From Nemertoderma westbladi (Eukaryota; Animalia; Xenacoelomorpha), in the NCBI GenBank assembly GCA_032718475.1, contig JAUCBJ010008909.1, forward strand, positions 1-62,448: a stretch of DNA of 62,448 nt, written 5' to 3'. A program made the translations under genes and the position numbers. Every line of letters starts with the position of its first letter. Position 1 is the first letter of the stretch. Under the pieces are notes generated by a model, which had not been told where the DNA came from, did no database searches, and was given only the letters and a program-made list of their open reading frames with translations. Below are positions 25,835 through 35,713 of this stretch, piece by piece.

Positions 25835-27114
25835 TGTAAAAGCTTCTGTGGGATGCAACTGGTCCTTCGCCCCGCGATCCAGTTTTTCCCCCATACGCTG
25901 AAATACTCTGAAACCTGCTGTAAAAGCGTTTACAGATATAATTGGATCCCCTAGCCCTCGGGGTGCTGTATAAGTGTTTTTAACGGACATAAAATAGATT
26001 CTTCTGAATGTGTGCTTTATGCGGACGTAGCAGGGTACACAACCCGCAATGCGGCATTTCACTGTCACTATGTCAAGGGAAGGATTCTGATTACGACATC
26101 TCCCAGCTGGATGATGACGTGGAGGGAGCTCTCATTGGACTCCTGGTTCCTTTGTTTTGGTCTAACAACCAATCAGGGTGATTTGCGTTTTCCTTGAAGA
26201 GATACCTACAGCAGCTCCCAAACTCAGTGTTTATGTCGTTCCATACTGCCTGAAGATCGGCTGGAATGACGCAATGTTTCTGCCTTTTTATAAGAACATT
26301 AGTAGGCTAAATTATAGAAAGCATAGCTATTATCGATTCGATCCGATTCGATTCGACACGATTCCAATTTATAACTTAACGATTCAATGCAATCTAATTA
26401 TATCTTAACCTACCGTCATACTGCTTTTACTGTTTGTAATTTTGTATCAGTATAATTGGATGTTATTAGTTGAAGAATATCAATAATCAACCCACATTTT
26501 CCCAATATCTTTGATACACTACAGGTTAGAGAGAAAGGTTATGTACAACAATTGCGACTTTATTATTGTGTTTGTAGTGAATCTAATGTTGTTTGACAGA
26601 CACTACCTGAGTCCAGTGCATATCTCTTTATACCTGATCAAAGTCAGTAACTGTCGGCATATCAGTGAGCAGTGTTGTGCGTTACCGGTAGCGTGCGTGA
26701 TTGTAAAGTGATTGGATCTGATAATAAAGCATTCCTAAAGAATGCGCCCTATGCTTGAAATTTAAGCCATATCGTTGTGTGTAGTATCAGTCATAACTCT
26801 GTTTACATAGGTAGAGCGCCACGTCCTAAAAGGAACTGCTAATATTTCCCGAAAGTGAATAATATTTGTCAGAGATTATATATTAGTAATCAATCGAATA
26901 ATACAGTAGGCTTGACCGCAAAATAAATTTAAGCCCACGAATCCAGTCTCCCGGTGTTATAAACGGGTCATTTGGACGCGCATGGACTGGCTTCGGCTAA
27001 TGTTTTTGGTTTGTTTTTGTATTAAATCTTGTCATCTTATAAAAGGCAGTTTATCAATAAAGACATATAAATTTCGGCAGGTTAAACTGCTGAAGGTCTA
27101 TAAAAGCGCGTACA
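25835..27114 (+). repeat. 5' LTR (1280 bp)
   Basis: Starts TGTAAAAGC, ends GCGCGTACA; repeated at offset +10832. Confidence 0.96.
26323..26333 (+). promoter_or_regulatory. Putative self-primer and transcript 5' end (ATAGCTATTAT)
   Basis: Perfect reverse complement of 27115-27125; TATAAG at 26289-26294 upstream; covaries with 58068-58078 in the second element. Confidence 0.75.
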
Positions 27115-27125
27115 ATAATAGCTAT
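27115..27125 (+). promoter_or_regulatory. Non-tRNA primer-binding site (ATAATAGCTAT)
   Basis: Directly abuts the LTR end, lacks TGG, complementary to 26323-26333. Confidence 0.75.
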
Positions 27126-28886
27126 CGATCTTATTTGCGGTAAGCAATAAGATTGAAAAGTACCGGTACATCAGAACCGGTACCAGTAGGTCAGTAGGCC
27201 CAACTGTCATAACCGGTACTATTACCGTAGGTCCGTAGGCCTAACTGTCATAACCGGTACTGCTGTCCAAGTGCATTAGTATTATTTCGATTGTGATATA
27301 GTGTATATTGTAGGCTGCTAGGGGATTAGGGATTGATCACCCCTCATTCTTCTGTACAGTTTACTTATTTCTGTCGATTTTATTCACGTGTAAGTTAGTA
27401 TTGAGTAGAAGACGTGTAAGTCTGCTCAGATTGTTCAGATCATTGTAGGCTGGACTGTTGTCTGACTGTTGTTAGGCTTGAAGATTACAGCGTGTGTAGA
27501 GAGTCTGATAGGTGCCAGTTAGTAAGTTGGGGCAACTCGTAAGTTGTAAGGTCAACCCCCATAAAGAATAAGCCGCGCTACCTTATTAGCACGCATACTC
27601 ACTAACAAGTTTCGGAATCTGCACATCCTGTGGTTTATTTAGGCTTAATGGTAGTTTGTCAGCATCCGGTTTGTATTTTATTTGAGTATTCTGTACGGGT
27701 AGCGTAATATTTATTATTCAGAGTTTATGCGATTACTCGCAACATTCATGTCCCCAAGTTTATTCCTACAGTAATTGTGTTTGTTATACATACCGTTATA
27801 GTTAAATTAACCCCAGTACTACACGGGCTGCTTGGCGTAGGTAAAGACTGGTGACTCAGTGCCCCGGTCACTCCAGCAGATGCTGTGGTTCTTTTAACTG
27901 TTCAAGTATATTTAACTACTGGTTATCTGTTTTTACAAGTACCTGTACCTAATTTAGGGTTTAGTGTACAGTGCTTTCCGAAAGTAATTAGTGTAGGCAT
28001 TATTGTGTTGTAAAGTGGTTAATAGGCACGCTCGTTCTGGTAGACGGCGGTAATTAACTTCTAGGTAGGAACACTCCGTAGATACATAACGTTGTACCTA
28101 TAGCGATACGGCTGTAGGTCGTCAGGCGGTGGTACTTTCCTATCTAGACAACGCAGTATTTACTTCTACTTATTATTTTCAAATACCGTAGTATCCTGTT
28201 CGTTGTAATAGCCAGAAGAGCTAACCCTTTGTTAGACTGGTTAGTAGTTTCCCTGTAAAATTGCCCTAAAAAATTTCTGTACGTAACGTTTTGTGTGTTT
28301 ATTAGAGATTGTAATCTCACCAATAGTAAGTAACTAGTAAATAAGTAACGTAGGCCAGTAGAATTATTCTGTTTAGTGTCCCATAAGTAGTACTTCACTG
28401 AAAGCGCTTAGCTTCTGTGTAGTGGTATTTTGCCGGAAATAGTAACACCTATTTCAATCTTGTAACGAAATCCCTTATCAGGGTATATATATATATTATA
28501 AATCAACTCCAAAGATTTATAAATCAGTAGGCCTGCCATACAACAAGTAGGTCACAATATCAGTTGGACTACTGCTTGCATAACGGTAACAAAGTAAACT
28601 CAAGTAACTAAGTAACTTATAATTTCAGAAATTCAATTATCCTAAATAATTGATATACCGGTATTTCTAATAGGTTTATTATATTTATTTCTATAAATTT
28701 GAACTGAAATCATACCGGTATTCTTTAATTAATTCTAGTCTGTTATACTTATATATACTATAAGTGTATACCGGTATTCTAATATATTGCAATTAATTAC
28801 CTGTACTAGGCCAACAGTCTTACTGAATTACTAGGCTTGCTTTAACTGTGATTATAGCAGTAGACATTCAACTGTACAACTAAAAT

Positions 28887-31800
28887 ATGTCTGACACACA
28901 ACAGAACCTGTCGGACAGTCCATCAGACATTACACAGAACCTGTCGGACAGTCCACCAGACACTACCAATTGTGACTCAGATAGGAGTGATAAGACTGAT
29001 AGGACTCAGACAGAGCCCAGCTCACCTCCTACTGAAAGGAAAGTCACCCCTCTAGTAGTAGAATTAGATCCCAAGCCAACACACCATAGGTCTATTATAG
29101 GCACTCGGGCCCAGGTCAAACGGAACCGAGAAGAAGCTGGCCCATCACAGCAACCTCCTGGTCCAGAACCTATTTCCCAGAGATCTGACAGCTCCAGTAA
29201 TTCTGATACTGTAGAGCTGACCCCCGAACGCAAAGTGGAGACATTGGATCCCTCTTACCTTGATCCCCTTCTCACTCTACCGACTGCGAAGATGGCTGCG
29301 GTCTTGATCGCGGTGGAGGAACACCTAAGAGATTGGGCGAGAAACAAGAAATCGACCCAAGATAGTTATTGGGGATACGCAAGGGAAGAATTGATGTCTG
29401 TCGTCGAGTCAAACTGGAATAATCCTGGAATAGGATTACCGCTCGATTTGTCAGAAGTGACTTGGGAAGATATACACAAGATGGGGGTGGCTAAAGATAC
29501 TATGGATCCAGCTGTTTGGAAGAAGTCCGCAGCAGGATATGTGCGGGGATTTTTCAACTCCTTACAGAAGCAGGAACAGCTGTTCAGACAAACCCTAGGA
29601 CCTCAAGAACAAGAAGAGCTGCGTTATCAAGTACGTGCAAGTACCTTACGTATTAGACTGATCCTATCGGCCTTTGAGGAAACGTCGAAAAGAAAGCAGG
29701 AAACTTCTCTGCAAGTCGCTGTAAAAACTTGGTTCCAGCGAATAGAGCGCGAAGTTAAAGAGACAGCCCAGTGGAAACCTCGGCTGACGGAGCAACCATC
29801 CTACGATGAATCAACTGATGCCCTCCTTTCTCAAGTGGAAATCGAAGAGACACCCGAAGGACCACAAAAGAGAGATGCAATTGATACCTATTTGTCAGAT
29901 TATCAGCGATTCATAGGAGACGAGGAGTTGAGAAGACGGTTGCATGGATTTACACCTAATAGTGCAGGGGCTAAGCGTGTATTGGACGAACTCGATGCTG
30001 AGATGTTAGCTAAAGATCAAGCTAAATTTGATGAGGAAAGACGCATCGCTAGAGCCCAGGAAATACAAATCCAGAAAAAACAAATAGAAGATCGAAAGGC
30101 AGTAGCAGCGGCAGAGGCAGAGGCAGCAAGAAAGTTAGCAGCGGCAGCGGCAGAGGCAGCAAGCAAGCTAGCAGCGGCAGCGGCAGAGGCAGAGGCAGCA
30201 AGCAAGCTAGCAGCGGCAGAGGCAGAGGCAGAGGCAGAAAGAAAATTGACAGAAGCGGAAAAGAGAGCTTCTGACGAGATCGCCCAACTAGAGTTGGCAA
30301 ATCTGCAAGAGACACATGATTACATCAATAAACGCGACACAGAAAGTCGAATGAAGATACTGAGTCGATCTACTTCGAAACGCCAAGGTTTTACATCCTC
30401 AGAAGAAGGAGACACTACCGACACTGAAGGTGGAAGAAATAGATCCCGTCTCAGTAGGCGTAAAAGAATGTCTCCACGTCAGAAATTGCCTGATTTGCCT
30501 CCAGCTGTTAAGAGACAACTAGCTAGCATAGCAGTAGATAGTACAGAACCCACAGACCAAACTATTACCATTACCAGACTCCCTACTATAGTAGATGAGC
30601 CGGAAATAATTAGGCCTGTTTTAGAAAACACCCCTTCGGTGAGAGAGACCCCTGTACTCCCCAAATCTACTACCAAATTCCCTTTACACAGTACTATTAA
30701 ATTAACGGCACCTGGTGGAGCAGCCCAAGTCCCGGTTATGGAGACTGAGAGAGACATACAAGATCTGTCTCCCGTCGCCCCGATACGGCCCGCTACAACG
30801 TTGGCGACTCCCGCTTCGGCGGTCGAGTGGGTTGAGAAGGGACGGCGGGAGATGAGTCTCTTGCTCGGTCAAATGCGAGAACAGCGAGACTGTTCCTCGC
30901 AACAGATCCGGGACTTAGAAGGGACTGTCTACCAACTCAAGGGAACCGTAAGGGATAGTAGGATAGAGCTGCAAGAAGTGCAGCAAAATATCGCCCTCGA
31001 GCGCGACAAATTAGTCAATATACAAAGGGGAATACCAACACCCCCTGTAACCCTGTGTCAACCTGCTAGGTCGGAAGTGTATCATGCGCGAGGTGTGTCG
31101 CCTACACGCATATATACTGCTAGCAAAGTAGAAACACCCCCTATAACCCTGAGTCAACCTGTTAGGTCTGAAGTACATCATGCGCAAGGTGTGTCGCCTA
31201 TACGCATATATACTGCTAGCGAAGTAGAAACTCCTATAGTAAACCCTATTACGGGAGACTACAAACCTGTGAATAATGATATTCCCTATAGACCTGATAA
31301 TGATCTGAAAAATTTATATACCGATAATTCGATATTAAATAACACGATGGCCCAAGAAAGCTTTACGCGTCAGATGGCTAGAACAGAAGCCCGCCAAGCG
31401 GTCAAAGTGGGAGAAATTGTCAAATTCAACGGTGATGAGATGAAATGGTTACCTTTTAAAGAATATTATGAAGATAGCATACAGAACTCTGTACTATCTA
31501 GCGGAGAGAAACTGAGATTCCTCATCAAATGTTTGGAAGGACCTCCCAAGTTAATGGCGTTGAAGTTTATTGGACATCCAAATGGATTAAGACAAGTCTG
31601 GGATACATTAAACACCAGGTATGGTAATAAAGATAATATCGCTAAGTATTTGTATGCAAAACTGGTAGCCCCTCGAAAGTTCCTTAGTAACGAGATTATA
31701 GAGTTTTCCGATGAGATTCAAGAAATCTGCCGACAATTGGATTGGTTAGGTAAGTCCCATGAATATCAGAGCTCCATGGTCATCGGAGCCATAGTCTCTA

Positions 31801-33689
31801 CTTTGCCAAAGGGTGGAGTATGTACACGTTGGGACAAGAAGGTGTTGCATATGATGGAGCAACAACGACGGAGCCCCACCATGGTGGATCTCATGTCATT
31901 CCTAGACCGTGAGGTCAAACTACAACTAATAAAGCAATCCAGGGAAAAAACATCGGAAAATCAGGTAAGTGAAAAACCCGTTTCTAGGAAAAGAATAATA
32001 CCCGTATGTTATACTGACGACGGCGAAAGCCAGACCTCCCATGAAGAAGACAGCGGGAAAGACACAGCAAGATCCTACGATGACCACAAAACCCCGAGAG
32101 ACGTAAGTAAATACCAGCCTCGAACCAATGATAGGAGAGACAAGCTTACCAAGACCCCTCCTCAGTCTCCCAAAGGAATTCAGGTAAGCAAGCCCGAAGA
32201 ACGAGCGAAAGTGCACAGCATTGCCCAAGTTAAAGTGAGTAACATCAAACCAAAATGTGCGCTGTGCGACGGGCCCCACCGTTTGAGTGCGTGTGCGGAA
32301 TTCCAAAAGAAATCCCTGGCAGATAGACGTGGAGTCCTGTGGGATAAGCGGTTGTGTTATAACTGTCTCAGACGCGGACACCAGCGGCGAACCTGTTACT
32401 CTGACGCAAGGTGTGCTAAGTGCGGCGCGAAACATCATAGCTTATTGCACACAGAATTCGAACGAAACCACCCGAGTCAGGTAAGTGAGCCCAAATCACA
32501 TGTCCAATTCAGTGATGTGAACGACACTGACCAAAGTTCTGAGTGGGAAGGATTCTATACTGACGAATTCTCTGATGCCAACGAATCCTGTTATCTAATA
32601 AACACCGCAGTGTATCGAGCACTTACGTACGAAAAGGATAACGACACGGAGTTTCCATCAACCTCCTTGGACAAGCAACCATCTCGGAAAACTCCAACAT
32701 CCAACATAGGAATACGAGAATTTCCGGTAGTCCAGGTAAGAGTTCACGGTCCCAACAAAAGTTACATAGTGAACGCCCTCCTTGACTCAGGTAGCACCGG
32801 AACATTCATCGACAAGGAGTTAGCCGAGGATATTTTTGCTGGACAACCCAAATTCCGAACTAAGTTAAATATGTCCGGAATTATGCAGGTTTGGAAATCT
32901 ACCTTAATGGCAGATTATTATATCGGCGCATTGTCCACTCCACAGGATAAATTAGGGGAACAAAGTATAGAGTCAGTAAAAATGGTGGCAATAAAGAACT
33001 TCGCTACTACTCAAGTAGAACCTTATGACTGGGACGAGGACGAGAACATCCAACATTTGGGAATACCTCGATTCCAAACTGATTATCCTGGAGTACAAAT
33101 CCTTATCGGCCAAAACGCGCATGAGGCGCTCGAGACGTTAGAGAAACGGCCTGCTCAACCGCAGCCATTACAACCTTATGCGGTAAGAACTCGAGTAGGT
33201 TGGTACTTCACTGGCCCTTCCCGCAGAACCCTTGAAGAAAGACTGCCACAAGACCGGATACTTCAAGTAAAAGCTTGGGAAGAGGAGAGCAGTGAGGTGG
33301 ACGAAGCCACTGAGGGAACAACATACTCCTCAGATAGCGACGATATCAACTCCAATGTAGATCAATGGAGACATCGACCCGAGACGATTAATCTAGCCGA
33401 CATCGCTTCCAGAGGAGTAACTCCTCAAGAACGGATAGATACTCCCGGCTGGTTGGGTGGACCCGACTCCCTAAGTAAAGAAGAAGAAGAATGGCCTCCT
33501 CGTCTTGCCGCGGCGGAGATTAGACAGGCCAAGGGAGCGGAGGAAATATCACGACGGCCTAATCGCCCAGCTGGTCGTTTAGGTTTACCGGGAAGAGACC
33601 GAAAACTGTCCGGAAACCATGGAAGGCAAGATACTCTTCCTACGACCACTTCCCTAATTCGACAAATATCTAGGGACTCCATCACGTAA
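28887..33689 (+). CDS. BEL/Pao-type Gag-aspartic protease polyprotein with a C-terminal RNase H remnant; no RT or integrase (1600 aa)
   Basis: DUF1759-like capsid region (KFNGDEMKWLPF...EKLRFLIKCLEG...WDTLNTRYG); three Cys/His knuckles (CALCDGPHRLSAC, CYNCLRRGHQRRTC, CAKCGAKHHSLLH); protease ALLDSGS...ILIG...YAVRTRVGW; then QWRH...NLADIASRG...W..GP..L....EWP. Confidence 0.93.
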   Translation: MSDTQQNLSDSPSDITQNLSDSPPDTTNCDSDRSDKTDRTQTEPSSPPTERKVTPLVVELDPKPTHHRSIIGTRAQVKRNREEAGPSQQPPGPEPISQRSDSSSNSDTVELTPERKVETLDPSYLDPLLTLPTAKMAAVLIAVEEHLRDWARNKKSTQDSYWGYAREELMSVVESNWNNPGIGLPLDLSEVTWEDIHKMGVAKDTMDPAVWKKSAAGYVRGFFNSLQKQEQLFRQTLGPQEQEELRYQVRASTLRIRLILSAFEETSKRKQETSLQVAVKTWFQRIEREVKETAQWKPRLTEQPSYDESTDALLSQVEIEETPEGPQKRDAIDTYLSDYQRFIGDEELRRRLHGFTPNSAGAKRVLDELDAEMLAKDQAKFDEERRIARAQEIQIQKKQIEDRKAVAAAEAEAARKLAAAAAEAASKLAAAAAEAEAASKLAAAEAEAEAERKLTEAEKRASDEIAQLELANLQETHDYINKRDTESRMKILSRSTSKRQGFTSSEEGDTTDTEGGRNRSRLSRRKRMSPRQKLPDLPPAVKRQLASIAVDSTEPTDQTITITRLPTIVDEPEIIRPVLENTPSVRETPVLPKSTTKFPLHSTIKLTAPGGAAQVPVMETERDIQDLSPVAPIRPATTLATPASAVEWVEKGRREMSLLLGQMREQRDCSSQQIRDLEGTVYQLKGTVRDSRIELQEVQQNIALERDKLVNIQRGIPTPPVTLCQPARSEVYHARGVSPTRIYTASKVETPPITLSQPVRSEVHHAQGVSPIRIYTASEVETPIVNPITGDYKPVNNDIPYRPDNDLKNLYTDNSILNNTMAQESFTRQMARTEARQAVKVGEIVKFNGDEMKWLPFKEYYEDSIQNSVLSSGEKLRFLIKCLEGPPKLMALKFIGHPNGLRQVWDTLNTRYGNKDNIAKYLYAKLVAPRKFLSNEIIEFSDEIQEICRQLDWLGKSHEYQSSMVIGAIVSTLPKGGVCTRWDKKVLHMMEQQRRSPTMVDLMSFLDREVKLQLIKQSREKTSENQVSEKPVSRKRIIPVCYTDDGESQTSHEEDSGKDTARSYDDHKTPRDVSKYQPRTNDRRDKLTKTPPQSPKGIQVSKPEERAKVHSIAQVKVSNIKPKCALCDGPHRLSACAEFQKKSLADRRGVLWDKRLCYNCLRRGHQRRTCYSDARCAKCGAKHHSLLHTEFERNHPSQVSEPKSHVQFSDVNDTDQSSEWEGFYTDEFSDANESCYLINTAVYRALTYEKDNDTEFPSTSLDKQPSRKTPTSNIGIREFPVVQVRVHGPNKSYIVNALLDSGSTGTFIDKELAEDIFAGQPKFRTKLNMSGIMQVWKSTLMADYYIGALSTPQDKLGEQSIESVKMVAIKNFATTQVEPYDWDEDENIQHLGIPRFQTDYPGVQILIGQNAHEALETLEKRPAQPQPLQPYAVRTRVGWYFTGPSRRTLEERLPQDRILQVKAWEEESSEVDEATEGTTYSSDSDDINSNVDQWRHRPETINLADIASRGVTPQERIDTPGWLGGPDSLSKEEEEWPPRLAAAEIRQAKGAEEISRRPNRPAGRLGLPGRDRKLSGNHGRQDTLPTTTSLIRQISRDSIT

Positions 33690-35290
33690 TAATATATGGA
33701 GTGGGTGTGTGACTATATTATTTTATATTTGTTTTTATTTTATATTTATGTATGTATTACTATGTATTTTATTATAATCGTTTTATTTAATTTTATTTAG
33801 TAGAGTGTTATTTTAGATTATTTAGTAGATTAGTGCAATATATTAGTGTTTATTACGTAATTACATAATATACTTAGTGCGACGGCGAGAAATAATTATT
33901 TTCTCTTTCCTTACTGTCCGTATTATATTATAAATGCGAGACTACAGTAAGATGAAATGTCCGTACTTATTAAAGTACAATAAAGCCACTACTATATTTT
34001 CAGTATTATTGGTAGGCAGAGTATTAGGAATGCAAAGTTCAGATCCTCGTGTCTCGGCTAAACCAAGCTCTGGGTAGACCTTGGAAACGACTTGCCTCTT
34101 CACACTGACATTGCCTTGTGCGATATTGCTCTTCTACCTATATTAAATAATACATATAGTAGCGTGATGTCCCTTTAACAGTAGCGTAAAACGCAAATAA
34201 ATCTGTTAAACTTTTGACCATCTGTAATTCTAGTCGATTAAGATATCGTGGCACCCACCGATATACTTGAAAGACAAATTCTAGAATCAGTGGTTAACGT
34301 CCCCAGACAAGTTCTGGAATAAATCGGTGCCCATCTTAAATATTAATTTAATATTTATTAAAATCTGTCAAATTCAGATCCTTTAAAAGGTATTCTTAAA
34401 AGACCATTTTATAGAATTAAGGATCTTATGTCCCCAGATATGTTCTGGAATCAAAATTGTGTCAATCTTACCATCAAATAATAAAATTCACGGGAATAAA
34501 TTTAAAATTCATATTTTATGAATTTAATAAATTGTCATTTTGCACAATTTCTAATATTCCCAAAATTCCACTAATTAATAGATCACGGGAGCGGAGATTA
34601 ATCCTATTGAGTGTATTAGAGTGCAAGAATCTCCAACATATAGTCAATAGCCGACAAAATTCATAAAATCATGTATAAAGAGGATCTTGACAATTAAAGA
34701 CTTACTATCAAACAGCATCCCAGATCTGTATGCATGAGAATTACCCTAATTCTACCGCTAGCTTTACATAATGTCACCATAGCAACACCCACGCTAGAAT
34801 TAGAAACGAGTTAACAGAATTAGAAACGAGTTAACAGAACAATAGAAAGCTTGCCCATTGCCTAGCATAGTGATTACATAGCACACTGTTGGTATCCAAG
34901 GATACACAATAACAACGTGACATTTTGGAAAGCACTGACTAACGGACAAGTGGCCTGTATGATTGTAGTTGGTAGCTGTTGTGTGGAATTTGTGCGTTTG
35001 TAGGTGAATGTTACTGCTAAAGTGTGTTTACCATAGCTAGTCGCAATTGTAAAGTAGCCCAACTCTCCCATAGCAAGAACCTCAAGTGATTTCAAGACTT
35101 TGGGACGGACAGTGGAGTGACTTGTGCCGGTTATCGTTGTCGTGCTGTTGCCACAACGTTGGCGTAAACACGCGACAACGGTGCATCTGCGCTGAGGATC
35201 CCACTGTCCGGGGGCAGAGAGGGGTAGGCAGCGACGCCTGCTCGCCTAAAGCCAAACTCCTTCTAATATTGGTAAACTCATATAACAGAT

Positions 35291-35713
35291 ATGACGGAGT
35301 TGATAGAAGATGATCTTGGTATTAGAGAGGGATATACTCTACCTTTACAAGCGTTTGTGGATAGCTTGATACGCGGTGAAGCTGATCCAACTACTACCGA
35401 GGACGATGGTAGTTATATCGAACCACCTATGTCCCAGGAGCAACTTGCGCGTGGGTTGGACTGTAGCAAGTTCACCGCTCGCTATACGCATATTAATGGT
35501 ATATATATGGACTTCTTAACTACCTGCTATTCTATCGACTTACACGATACGGACTATGTCAACACAAAAGGGAAATGGTATTATTTAAATATCCTACCCA
35601 GCGGAGTCGTAACAATGAACTTAAATTCGAATGCGAAAATTCTATGCGAAGTCTACGCGAAAGAAAAGACGTTCAAGAAGCGGATAAACGCGGTAACTCC
35701 AACGTATATTTAG
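35291..35713 (+). CDS. Unknown 140-aa ORF in the 3' internal region of the LTR element
   Basis: ATG-initiated ORF with coding-like composition in a more GC-rich block; no recognisable motif. Confidence 0.3.
   Translation: MTELIEDDLGIREGYTLPLQAFVDSLIRGEADPTTTEDDGSYIEPPMSQEQLARGLDCSKFTARYTHINGIYMDFLTTCYSIDLHDTDYVNTKGKWYYLNILPSGVVTMNLNSNAKILCEVYAKEKTFKKRINAVTPTYI

Noticed and set aside
25860-25869. TGGTCCTTCG, resembling a tRNA-Tyr PBS
   Set aside because: It lies 25 nt inside the LTR start rather than after the LTR, matches only ~10 nt, and is absent from the second element.
26240-26285. Hammerhead-like CTGAAGA in the LTR (retrozyme possibility)
   Set aside because: No GAAA core or suitable stems follow, and it is not conserved in element 2.
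25796-26711. Short ORFs inside the LTRs (duplicated at 36481-37543)
   Set aside because: No motifs, mostly non-ATG starts, and not conserved in the second element's LTR.
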